Assembly (NCBI GenBank): GCA_963827235.1
Contig: CAWHAE010000012.1
Location: 224,001-288,000 of the forward strand
Direction of reading: 5' to 3'
From: an uncultured bacterium
GTDB lineage: Bacteria; Chloroflexota; UBA5177; JANWHV01
Length of the DNA: 64,000 nucleotides
In this document: one piece after another, positions 20,440-28,974 of the stretch
Layout: each line of letters begins with the position of its first letter
How positions within the stretch are numbered: the stretch's first letter is position 1
Position numbers and translations under genes: made by a program
The notes under the pieces: generated by a model
Databases searched by the model: none
The model's input: only the letters and a program-made list of their open reading frames with translations
Told to the model about the DNA's origin: nothing

Positions 20440-20967
20440 TCAGGCGCGCGCCAGGTCGACGCGGCCCTGGATCTTCTGACCGGCCTGCACCAGGTTGAAC
20501 AGCGGGCATTGCGCCTGCACCACGGCGTGCAGCCGCTCGATGTCTTGCGCCGGCGCGGCCGAGGTGATGTGTGCCGTGTAGCTGATGTCGTGCGGGTAGA
20601 TGGGAACCTGCTCGAAGCCCGGCGTGCCGGCACGCGGATCCTGGGTGGCGGAGATCTCCACCTCGACGGCGTCGAGCGGGATCTCGAGGTCGGCGGCGTG
20701 GATGAGGAACGTGTGCGTCACGCAGCTTGCGACCGTGCCCAGGAACAGCTCCTGGGATGAAGGTCCCAGGTCGTAGCCGGCCAGGCTGGGTCCGCTGTCC
20801 AGGATCACCTGAAAGTCGCGGATGCGAATCCGCCGCACACCGCTGCGACCCTCTACTTTGACCACCGCCTTCTGCGCGATCGCGCCGGCCGCGGCCAGTG
20901 CCGCGGGCGCCCGGTTGGCGCGCACCTTCGCGCGCTTTTCGACCAAGTATTCCTGTAGCGTGCTCAT
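20440..20967 (-). CDS. OsmC-family peroxiredoxin-like protein (two Cys)
   Basis: GRSGVRRIRIRDFQV, ASCVTH and QCPL; paralogue of 13419-13946. Confidence 0.88.
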   Translation of the reverse strand: MSTLQEYLVEKRAKVRANRAPAALAAAGAIAQKAVVKVEGRSGVRRIRIRDFQVILDSGPSLAGYDLGPSSQELFLGTVASCVTHTFLIHAADLEIPLDAVEVEISATQDPRAGTPGFEQVPIYPHDISYTAHITSAAPAQDIERLHAVVQAQCPLFNLVQAGQKIQGRVDLARA

Positions 20968-21101
20968 CGCACTGCCTTTCGTTTCATCTCGCTGGCTTGC
21001 GGCCGGTGCCGGCGGTCGGGTCGAGCACCCCCTCTCTACTTCCCGGCGCGCCCTTCAATCGCAAAGGTGCTGGATACCGTCGATGGTCTGGCTGCCGAAG
21101 G

Positions 21102-21653
21102 CTATGCGCTCTCCGGCTGGCGAGCGAGGGCGCCGGGCAGACGCGCGGCTTCCTCTCCGTGCCGCCAGTGGTCGTGCGCCAGGCTGCGATACTCGCCGCG
21201 GTAGTGGAGCAGCGGCTGCACGGCACTGTCGTCGGTGCCCAGATGCTGCACCGATCCCACCAGGATGACGTGATCGCCGCCCACGTGACGCTCGACCACA
21301 CGGCACTCGAGATACGCCAGCGTATCTTCGAGCAGCGGCGCGCCCAGTGCGCCCGTTCTGCACGCGATCAGATCGAACTTGTCGGCGCGCTTGGAGGCAA
21401 ACAGCCTGGAGATTGACTCCTGTTCGCGCGCCAGGATGTTCACGGCGAAGACGGCATCCTCCTGCATCAGCGCGGGATAGGTATGGCTTCGCTCGTCGAC
21501 GCAGACCAGCACGAGCGGCGGGTCGAGGGAAAGCGAGGTGAAGGCGTTCGCGGTGAAGCCCCGCGGCTCCCCTGCCGCGTCGCGCCCGGTGACGACGGTG
21601 ACACCGGTGGCGAAGTGCCCGAGTATGTGCCGGAACGCCGCTTCCGTAACCAT
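21102..21653 (-). CDS. Flavin reductase (HpaC/DIM6 family)
   Basis: FRHILGHFATGVTVVT, SLSLDPPLV, GDHVI, PLLHYRG. Confidence 0.94.
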   Translation of the reverse strand: MVTEAAFRHILGHFATGVTVVTGRDAAGEPRGFTANAFTSLSLDPPLVLVCVDERSHTYPALMQEDAVFAVNILAREQESISRLFASKRADKFDLIACRTGALGAPLLEDTLAYLECRVVERHVGGDHVILVGSVQHLGTDDSAVQPLLHYRGEYRSLAHDHWRHGEEAARLPGALARQPESA

Positions 21654-21742
21654 GTCGCGTCCTTTGTAGCCGAAAGACGGAGCCGGGCCGGCGACTGAGC
21701 GCGCCGGGCGGCGGACGCTTCCGAACGGCCGCCCACCATGAT

Positions 21743-21818
21743 AAAGTCTATTTACTCTATCGAATTGATATCAACTATGTCTATAGGCATAATAGGGAAT
21801 CACTGTGGACTGTGTCAA
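21743..21818 (-). promoter_or_regulatory. Sigma70-type promoter of the sulfur operon overlapped by two Rrf2/CymR-like boxes
   Basis: Minus strand TTGACA (21818-21813), 18 nt, TATTAT (21794-21789); boxes GTCTAT-N7-ATCGAA (21746-21764) and GTCTAT-N7-ATAGGG (21779-21797). Confidence 0.7.
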
Positions 21819-21820
21819 GG

Positions 21821-21846
21821 GGTGCGCCTGAGGTGCGCCTGAGGTG
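21821..21846. repeat. 11-bp tandem duplication GGTGCGCCTGA
   Basis: GGTGCGCCTGA GGTGCGCCTGA GGTG read directly. Confidence 0.8.
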
Positions 21847-22099
21847 CTGCCTACCGGGCGGCTCCTGATCCCGGCCGTTTCGGCCGCCCGCTCGCTCAGC
21901 CGAGCGAGACCCGGGGGCTCTACGCACGATGGGTCTTGCTCACGTTGCCGATCGGGACGGTACTATGGACCTCGGCGCTCGCGTACAGGGCAAGACCGCT
22001 ACCATCGCCGTTGGCCGCGCTGGTCTCGCGGTACCAGGGTGGCCATCGGCTCGCTTGGGCGAAGGCGGCCGTGAAGCACGTGATTGCGGAGATCCGGCA

Positions 22100-23161
22100 T
22101 TGAACAGTGAGACCAACCTCGAGCATCGTCTCCGTACGATCGACTGGGACGACGGCCACCTGGTAATCCTGGACCAGACCCTGCTGCCCGTCGAGAAACG
22201 TGAGATTCGCCTGGATACGATGGAGGCCACGTTCGAGGCCATTCGCGAGCTCAGGGTGCGCGGCGCGCCGCTGATAGGCGTCACCGCCATCTTTGGGCTG
22301 TATCTGGGCATGCGAGAAGCGCTGGCAAGCACGGAAGAGGACCCCGGTCGGGCGCTGGACCGCTGCGTTTCCTACCTCGCCACCGCACGCCCCACCGCGG
22401 TCAATCTCACCTGGGCCCTGCAGCACGCGGCTGCCGACCTTTCCCCCTTCCTCGGCTCACCCTCCGTGCTGCTGGACAAGCTGCTTTCGCTTGCCCACGA
22501 GATGCTGGCGCGCGACGTGGCGGCAAACCGGTCGATCGGAGTCCACGGCATGCCGCTGCTGCAACATTGCCGCTCGATCCTCACGCACTGCAACGCCGGG
22601 TGGCTGGCCACCGCCGGTTACGGCACCGCGCTGTCCCCGCTCTACGTGATGCAAGAGCTGGGCATAACGACACCGCACGTGTTCGTCGACGAAACACGGC
22701 CGGTGCTGCAGGGTGCGCGGCTGACGGCCTGGGAGCTGGTGCAAGCGGGCATCCCGGCGACCCTGATCTGCGACAACATGGCCGCCACGGTCATGGCGCA
22801 GGGCCGTGTCGAGGCCGTGATCGTGGGCTGCGATCGCATGGCCGCGAACGGCGACTTCGCCAACAAGATCGGCACCCTGGGTGTGGCGATCCTGGCCAGG
22901 GAGTTCGGCATACCGTTCTACGTCGCCCTGCCCACCTCGTCGATCGACATGGCGACGCCGACCGGCGCTGGGATTCCGATCGAAGAGCGTTCCGCGGCAG
23001 AGATAGTGCAGATCGGCGGCCACGCGATCGCGCCGCCGATCGCCGTGTTCAATCCGGCGTTTGACGTCACGCCGCACCGCTATGTGGCGGCGATCGTTAC
23101 TGAGCGCCGCGTTCTCACGCCGCCATTTGACACGGCGCTGCGCGATCTCGTCGCCAAGTGA
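22100..23161 (+). CDS. mtnA: S-methyl-5-thioribose-1-phosphate isomerase
   Basis: LDQTLLP, VRGAPLIG, RPTAVNL, THCNAG.LAT..YGTA, ETRP.LQGARLT, NKIGT, NPAFDVTP; TTG start inferred. Confidence 0.95.
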   Translation: MNSETNLEHRLRTIDWDDGHLVILDQTLLPVEKREIRLDTMEATFEAIRELRVRGAPLIGVTAIFGLYLGMREALASTEEDPGRALDRCVSYLATARPTAVNLTWALQHAAADLSPFLGSPSVLLDKLLSLAHEMLARDVAANRSIGVHGMPLLQHCRSILTHCNAGWLATAGYGTALSPLYVMQELGITTPHVFVDETRPVLQGARLTAWELVQAGIPATLICDNMAATVMAQGRVEAVIVGCDRMAANGDFANKIGTLGVAILAREFGIPFYVALPTSSIDMATPTGAGIPIEERSAAEIVQIGGHAIAPPIAVFNPAFDVTPHRYVAAIVTERRVLTPPFDTALRDLVAK

Positions 23162-23193
23162 CGGGGAACCGCGCCGATGACCCGATGGATCCT

Positions 23194-24165
23194 TTACTCG
23201 AGTGGCGACTCCAGATCGGCGTGCGCCGCTTCCATGAGGATGTGAAAGGCCTGGCCCTCCACGGCGGTGCCGGCGCGGTCGAAGCTCGGCGCTCCGCAGA
23301 CGTCGCGCACGAGGCCCATCTCATCCACCCTGGCGATCGCCGCCTGCCGCATCCGCGCCGCGCTGCCGAGATAGCGCGGCGGGAGCCATCCGCCGCGTAT
23401 GCCGCGAAAAACGACGTAGGCCAGCATCTGGGCCAGATTGGTCTCCACGAAGCTGTCGGGCTCGTCCACGATGTCGAAGAAGAGCCCGTCCGGGCGCATA
23501 CGCTCCAGGCAGCCGTCCAGCGTATCACGCACGTAGCCGGCGATACGCTGCTTTTCGTCCTCCATGCTGCCGGGCAGCGCGGCGATCACTCGCGCCATGC
23601 CTGCCGCCGCCCAGCCGTTGCCCACTCCCCAGTGCTGGGCCCGCTTGAAGCGCCGCCGGTCCGCGTCCCAGACATGGTGAAAGAGACGCGCTTCGGGGTT
23701 CCATAGTGCCCGGCGAAAGCCCTCCACCTGCCGCACTGCCTCCGCGGGGTAGCCGGCCACGGCGAGGAAGGGTGGCGCCATGTACATGGCATCCACCCAG
23801 ACGAGCGGTTCACCCTGGTTATGGTAGATCACGCCGTCCGGGCTCCGCGGCGCCTTCTGCAACAGATAGTCCGCCATCTGCCGCGCCGCTTGAGCCAGGC
23901 CCGAATCCCCGGTGGCTCGTGCGGCGAACAGGACAGGCTCGCCGTTCGCCGCCGGATCGGCCACCGGAGCGCGGTCGCCGTTCAAGCCGAGGCGTCCGTC
24001 CTGGGCCTGGTTGACCACCGCATCCCTGGCCAGCAGCACCACGAGATCGCGCTCTCCAAGCTCGAGAAGCGCTTGTGCCGCCACTCCCTGTTCCCAGGCA
24101 CGCCGCTGCATGGCCAGCATGGCGCGGACCACGCCGTCTACTCTCTTCCGGTCTTCGGCGTGCAT
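23194..24165 (-). CDS. Glycoside hydrolase family 88/105 protein
   Basis: WVDAMYMAPPFLA, LFHHVWD, WGVGNGWAAAG. Confidence 0.85.
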   Translation of the reverse strand: MHAEDRKRVDGVVRAMLAMQRRAWEQGVAAQALLELGERDLVVLLARDAVVNQAQDGRLGLNGDRAPVADPAANGEPVLFAARATGDSGLAQAARQMADYLLQKAPRSPDGVIYHNQGEPLVWVDAMYMAPPFLAVAGYPAEAVRQVEGFRRALWNPEARLFHHVWDADRRRFKRAQHWGVGNGWAAAGMARVIAALPGSMEDEKQRIAGYVRDTLDGCLERMRPDGLFFDIVDEPDSFVETNLAQMLAYVVFRGIRGGWLPPRYLGSAARMRQAAIARVDEMGLVRDVCGAPSFDRAGTAVEGQAFHILMEAAHADLESPLE

Positions 24166-24460
24166 GCTTCACATCCGTTTCATGGGCAAGTACGGGTCGA
24201 TGTCGACGGTCGAAGCCGTACGGTTTTCCTCGGGAGGACTGTGCCACGGCACGCTACACCCCGCATGGTAGCGGAGTGCAGCGTGCCCTGAGCGACCTGG
24301 CAATGCTTCATGCTGGGCGGCGCACCCTCTCACCTTCACCCCACTCTGCCCGGGATAAGCCGCGCAGCGGGCACAGCGGTTGAGCCGCATCACCTCGCGC
24401 ACGCGACTGAGGCTGTGCCGCCGGTCACATCTTCTTCGACATCGGCATCGCGGTCACTTT

Positions 24461-24494
24461 GTCTATGACCGGCACCGTCTATGACCGGCACCGT
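24461..24494. repeat. 16-bp tandem duplication GTCTATGACCGGCACC
   Basis: Two exact adjacent copies followed by GT. Confidence 0.85.
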
Positions 24495-24872
24495 GAGCGG
24501 TCCGTTGCGAGCGGTGGCGGCGCTGCGACGTCGGACGAAGGTGGTGCCACGACCGATGTGCCTGCGACGACGGGAGTCGCGCGTGGCGCTGGTGACGTGC
24601 CGGCGGTTTCGCCCAGCGAAGGGTGTTTGCTCAAGCATCGTTAGCTTGACTACAATATGATGAATATGATGATCATGTCTAGCCCGCGTGCTCGTACTGC
24701 CTCTCTCACGTCATAGCGAGAATTGGGTCCCAACACACGACACCTTGACGCGTGAAGACTACGGGTCTCGCCGCCTTTCGGGCTGACGCCGAGAGGAGGA
24801 CCTCGGCCTCGGCGTCCACCACCGCATTCGACGACCTTCACGCAGGACCTCGCCGGCAGCCTGAGCCAGATC

Positions 24873-26189
24873 TTGGGCATGACCAGCGGCGGCGTGACCG
24901 GCAACTATCTGCGCGACGACGGCGGCAGCCTGTTGGCCAACGTGACCGGCGGCACGCGCACCTGGTACGGCACGGACACCCAGGGCAGCGTGCGGCAGAC
25001 GCTGGACGACGGCGGGAACTTCTTCGCTGCCCAGCCTTACGACCCCTATGGCATCCCGGAGACGAGCGGCCAGGTGGGCATCTTCGGCTACACCGGCGAG
25101 CTGCAGGACGGCACGACGAACGCCGAATACCTGCGTGCGCGATGGTACCAGCCGGGGACGGGCACGCTGCTGGGCGTGGACCCGGAGCTGGATAGCACGG
25201 GGCAGGCGTATGCGTATGCTGGGGATGACCCGGTGGATGGAAGCGATCCGAGCGGGGCTTGCTATACGGTAGTCGGAGCGAGAGTTCTTGATTTTTGGAA
25301 GAGTCTTGATGGCCGCGGTGCCTGCACCGCAAGCGATGAGAACGCCATTCGAACGTTCTCGTTTAGGCCGGATGTTGCAGTTACTCTAACGTCCTCGGAA
25401 CTCGCGCTGCTTACGGGCGATTCGTCAGCTGCCAGCGACCTTGAAGCGCAGAGGATTCTCACTGAACACGGCTTCGGATACCAAGTCAATGTGCCTCCGT
25501 GCTCTGGGTCGGGCAGCGCAAATGCACCAACCTCGCAACCCTCGCACGGATCCGCTGTGACGGCGGTGGCGGCGGTAGCAGTCGGCGTTGGGACTGCCGC
25601 TGGCGAAGAGGCGGACACTACAGGCGAAGGCTGCCTGTTAGGAGGGCTCTTCGGCTGCGTGGCTGGTGCAGTCGTTGGCGTCGCGATCGTGGTGCACACG
25701 ACCGTCAACATAGTCCGGTCGACCGGCGTCTCGACAACGGACACTTCGTCCCAAGACCAGCAGCGAACGTACCAGCGCTTTGTCGCAGACACGGGAGTAT
25801 TCGCGGATCGAGTAGAGGGTGGTGCAGCGCAGCGGGCGCGAGCCGATGCCATCCTCGTGAATCCGGGCTACGTTCTCTATGTGCCACAGGCTGTGGTGGA
25901 CGAGTTAGCCGATTCGCCTTCGGCAAGTCAGGCATTGCGCCTCGCCGGTGTTCCGGGAGGGGCCCAGATTAGAAGGATTGCGAACCCTCCACTCTTTGGT
26001 CTCGACTTACGGCAGGGAGCTATCATCTCGGATAACTTTGACCTAGCGGATGTCCGAGTTGTCGAGGCCGCCCGGCAACTCGGCATCCCGGTCCTTACAA
26101 CAGTCCATAGGCTTCAGAGCCAGGTCAAGGATGGCAACTTCCCGGAGCGGGTTGCTGCGTTTGGCCGGGTGCCGATCGTCTATGTTTAG
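24873..26189 (+). CDS. Orphan Rhs repeat-associated core with PIN-like C-terminal toxin domain
   Basis: DTQGSVR, YDPYG, FGYTGE, YLRARWY, YAYAGDDPVDGSDPSG; C-terminus FVADTGVF, YVPQAVVDEL, LADVRVVEAARQLGIPVLTT; no YD-repeat N-terminus. Confidence 0.85.
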   Translation: MGMTSGGVTGNYLRDDGGSLLANVTGGTRTWYGTDTQGSVRQTLDDGGNFFAAQPYDPYGIPETSGQVGIFGYTGELQDGTTNAEYLRARWYQPGTGTLLGVDPELDSTGQAYAYAGDDPVDGSDPSGACYTVVGARVLDFWKSLDGRGACTASDENAIRTFSFRPDVAVTLTSSELALLTGDSSAASDLEAQRILTEHGFGYQVNVPPCSGSGSANAPTSQPSHGSAVTAVAAVAVGVGTAAGEEADTTGEGCLLGGLFGCVAGAVVGVAIVVHTTVNIVRSTGVSTTDTSSQDQQRTYQRFVADTGVFADRVEGGAAQRARADAILVNPGYVLYVPQAVVDELADSPSASQALRLAGVPGGAQIRRIANPPLFGLDLRQGAIISDNFDLADVRVVEAARQLGIPVLTTVHRLQSQVKDGNFPERVAAFGRVPIVYV

Positions 26190-26271
26190 CCACGCAACGG
26201 CTATGCCTTGCGAGCAGTCGAGTAATGGAGAGACGTGAAGCGATTCTCTCACCAACACATTCCCGAGGGAG

Positions 26272-26814
26272 TTGACATTGGCAGCGAGCGCATTCCTAGA
26301 AGTCGACTTGTACTGCGTGCACTGCGGTTCGCTCCTTACCGATATGGTCTGGTTTCAATGGGGGTACTGTAGATCTCGTATTCCCGCCGACATATCGCTG
26401 TACCATCTTGGCGATTCCATACGGTGGCATGCGTGCCCGGACGGTGCAGTTCTACCTTGGACTCAGTTTGACAATGGTGCCAAGAGCTTTGGCAGCAATG
26501 TTGGTGACCCGAGCGTTACGAACCTCGTCGTTCTGGATCAAGCCCAGTTTGGGCCGGACAGACCCAACGACAGGAAAGTGTGCGGCAATTGCGGAGCCGC
26601 TATTGATGGGGCGGCTGTGGAGATCCGGGGCGGCGTCGTCGCCAAAGCATGGGTCTGGCGAGCGGGCGACTTCGACCCCCGTACGACCTACTACCTGCTA
26701 GCGGAGGACGGGCAGAGAACACCCGTGCCAGCATGGGAAGACCGTGCGATGGACCTCTTGGCGCCTGACTGCTCGCCGTGGCCGGGTGGGCAGCACGGAG
26801 CGGACGGACTCTAA
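26272..26814 (+). CDS. Hypothetical protein with two CxxC motifs, candidate immunity protein
   Basis: YCVHCG and VCGNCG; directly downstream of the Rhs toxin, GAGGGAG RBS, same reduced GC. Confidence 0.7.
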   Translation: MTLAASAFLEVDLYCVHCGSLLTDMVWFQWGYCRSRIPADISLYHLGDSIRWHACPDGAVLPWTQFDNGAKSFGSNVGDPSVTNLVVLDQAQFGPDRPNDRKVCGNCGAAIDGAAVEIRGGVVAKAWVWRAGDFDPRTTYYLLAEDGQRTPVPAWEDRAMDLLAPDCSPWPGGQHGADGL

Positions 26815-27048
26815 TGATCATCGCGATCGCCACGGCGAAACAACCATCCCCAAGGGCGCTATAACGTTCCCGCACAATGCCATCCAGGAGCTTTCCTGCG
26901 CGACTGAGCGCCCGATCGGGAAGCTCTGCTTCACCTGTGACAATCTTCCGAACCAGAGCGTACGTTTAGGCGATTTAGCAGAGCGAGCCGAACAGTGAGA
27001 GGTGAAAAGGTCCTAGTCTGAGCCAAAGACGAGGACGTCGCCGCGTCA

Positions 27049-27655
27049 AAGCCTGGCCAGAACTACCACTACGGCTACCAGTATGACAAGCCGGGACTGG
27101 TGCCGCGGGCCGCGGAGAGCCTGGCCACGGCTTCCGGGACCGCGAGCGCCACCGTCACCGCGACCGGCACGCTCACGCCCACCGATACCGACACGCCGAT
27201 CCCGTCCGCGACCTCCACACCCACCGACACCGACACGCTGCCGCCGAGCGCGAGCAGCACGCCGAGCGCCACGCCCACCGGCGACGGCGCCGGGATGCCG
27301 GTCCTGCCCAACCCGGGCACGACACTGCAAGTCGCCGACACAGGCGGGCTCGCCGTGGAGCAGGCCGGCTTTGCCGAGGAGAGAGGGCGGAGGAGTGGCT
27401 ACACTCTTCCGCTACTCCACTACGGCAACCCGGAGACCAACTGCCCTCAATGATTTCGGCTACAACACCCTCAACAAGGGAAATGGGGGAAAAGGATACA
27501 ACAGTCATCCCACACATCAGAACTGTCATACATTCTCGTACATCGCCCTGAAGGTATTGACGCAGGGGCTTATCGCGAACCTGCCAAGTCCTAGCCACCA
27601 AGGAAACGAGGGCGTAGGTTGGGGTAACGAGGACACCTCTGGTACCACGTATTGA
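27049..27655 (+). pseudogene. Decayed second Rhs/toxin module (YD-like fragment, Thr/Pro linker, low-GC toxin-like remnant)
   Basis: NYHYGYQYDKPGL then ATVTATGTLTPTDTDTP...; GC drops near 27385; shifted frame carries YNSHPTHQNCHTF. Confidence 0.5.
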
Positions 27656-27906
27656 GACAGTGCGGAATTGACGTTGGGCGGCTTCCGGTGACGGGAACTG
27701 TCCCGTGCCAGTTTTGTTGGCGGATTGCCGACTTGTTTGCGGACAGGGCGTTGCTGACCTCCCCTGCGCCGGCGCGGAGCATACAAGCGAACTCGAAGCG
27801 ATCGCCAACGGCGAGAGCACCTCTGCCGTAGGCGTGCTGCCTTCCGGCGTCTGTTGCACTCTGTCCAGTCATGGCTCTGCCTTGGGTCGGGGACCCAGTG
27901 CTCGTT

Positions 27907-27937
27907 CATACCGTGGTATGGCCGACTGTGGTATGAT
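27907..27937 (+). promoter_or_regulatory. TA operator palindrome and extended -10 of a leaderless promoter
   Basis: CATACC-GT-GGTATG at 27907-27920; TG-G-TATGAT at 27929-27937, 6 nt before the GTG start. Confidence 0.7.
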
Positions 27938-27943
27938 TGAGCT

Positions 27944-28198
27944 GTGAAAGTGGACAAGCTCAGCGTGTCGTTCGATCCCAATCTTGGCGATGCCGTCCGT
28001 GCTGCTGCCAAGCGGAGCGGCAGGGGTTTGTCGGGTTGGCTGGCCGAGGCTGCTGCAGCCCGGCTGCGCTCCGAGGCGTTGGCGGACTTCCTCGACAGCT
28101 GGGAGGCCGAGCACGGCGCGCTTACGGCCGAGGAACTCGCTCAAGCCACCGCCGAGCTAGGACTACCAGCCGTGCCAACAGCCGAACCGGCCGCATGA
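27944..28198 (+). CDS. Antitoxin (ribbon-helix-helix-like, VapB type)
   Basis: KLSVSFDP.L...VRAAA...G.GLSGWLAEAA; acidic tail WEAEHGALTAEEL; ATGA overlap with PIN gene. Confidence 0.85.
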   Translation: MKVDKLSVSFDPNLGDAVRAAAKRSGRGLSGWLAEAAAARLRSEALADFLDSWEAEHGALTAEELAQATAELGLPAVPTAEPAA

Positions 28199-28578
28199 GC
28201 GCGCTGGTGCTGGACGCCGGGGCCCTGGTGGCCGTGGATCGCAGTGATCGCGCGATGCTAGCACGCTTGCGGGTCGCAGAGCGCAGCGGCATGGAGCTGC
28301 GAAGCAACGGCGTGGTCGTCGCACAGGTCTGGCGAGACCCGAGCGGACGCCAGGCGATCCTAGCCCGCCTGCTTCGCGCTGTCGATGTCCAGCCGGTCGA
28401 CCTGCGGCTGGGCCAAGCGGCCGGTGTGCTCTTGGGGCGGGCACGCAGCGGTGACGCCGTTGACGGCAGCGTCGTAGCTATTGCCAAACCCGGTGACCGG
28501 ATCGTCACAAGCGACGCCGAAGACATCCGCGCCCTCATCGCCGTGTCCGGTCGCCCCATCTTGGTCGTGCCCTGCTGA
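28195..28578 (+). CDS. PIN-domain toxin (VapC type)
   Basis: LVLDAGAL, VVAQVWR, DAVDGSVV, IVTSDAEDI. Confidence 0.9.
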   Translation: MSALVLDAGALVAVDRSDRAMLARLRVAERSGMELRSNGVVVAQVWRDPSGRQAILARLLRAVDVQPVDLRLGQAAGVLLGRARSGDAVDGSVVAIAKPGDRIVTSDAEDIRALIAVSGRPILVVPC

Positions 28579-28622
28579 GCCGGGCAACCACGCCGTAGCA
28601 TGCCCAGGCTAAACCTGCGTTC

Positions 28623-28973
28623 TTGAACCGCGGCGCGGCGTCGTATACGAGCATCGCCGGAGTGGATCAAGGGCAGGCCGTCCTCATCGCCGTCGAGCCC
28701 GCGCAGGTCGTGGTGGACTACCTGCCGGACGAAGATGGTATCGGGTTGTGGGTCAACGAGCTGGGCATCGGGGCGCACGGCGTCAATGTGGCGGAGGCAC
28801 GCCGCAATCTGGTCGGTGAAGTGCGCGCCTACGTCGCCAGCTTCCTGGGAGAGTTACCGGTCTATCTCACCTGGCCGGATCGCGCCCGGCTCGTGCCTCA
28901 CGTCCTGCGCCTGGCCGTGGCACGCAATGATGCCGAGCTGGCCCATCTGCTCTTCGACGCTCCAGTAGCCTAG
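28623..28973 (+). CDS. Antitoxin, HicB-like fold; possibly 5'-truncated
   Basis: DEDGIGLWVNELGIGAHGVNVAEARRNLVGEVRAY..WPDRARLVPHV; stop 1 nt before next start. Confidence 0.6.
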   Translation: MNRGAASYTSIAGVDQGQAVLIAVEPAQVVVDYLPDEDGIGLWVNELGIGAHGVNVAEARRNLVGEVRAYVASFLGELPVYLTWPDRARLVPHVLRLAVARNDAELAHLLFDAPVA

Positions 28974-28974
28974 C

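Noticed and set aside
20968-21101. SAM-I riboswitch within the sulfur operon
   Set aside because: TATCCAG and GGTGC fragments are present but the GAG..GAGGGA kink-turn and GCAACC core are absent.
21850-22099. SAM riboswitch or structured leader before mtnA
   Set aside because: Only GC-rich hairpins; no recognisable aptamer consensus.
24390-24638. Arg-rich 82-aa ORF as a regulatory leader peptide
   Set aside because: No RBS, no Cys or other sensing motif, and its frame depends on the 16-bp duplication.
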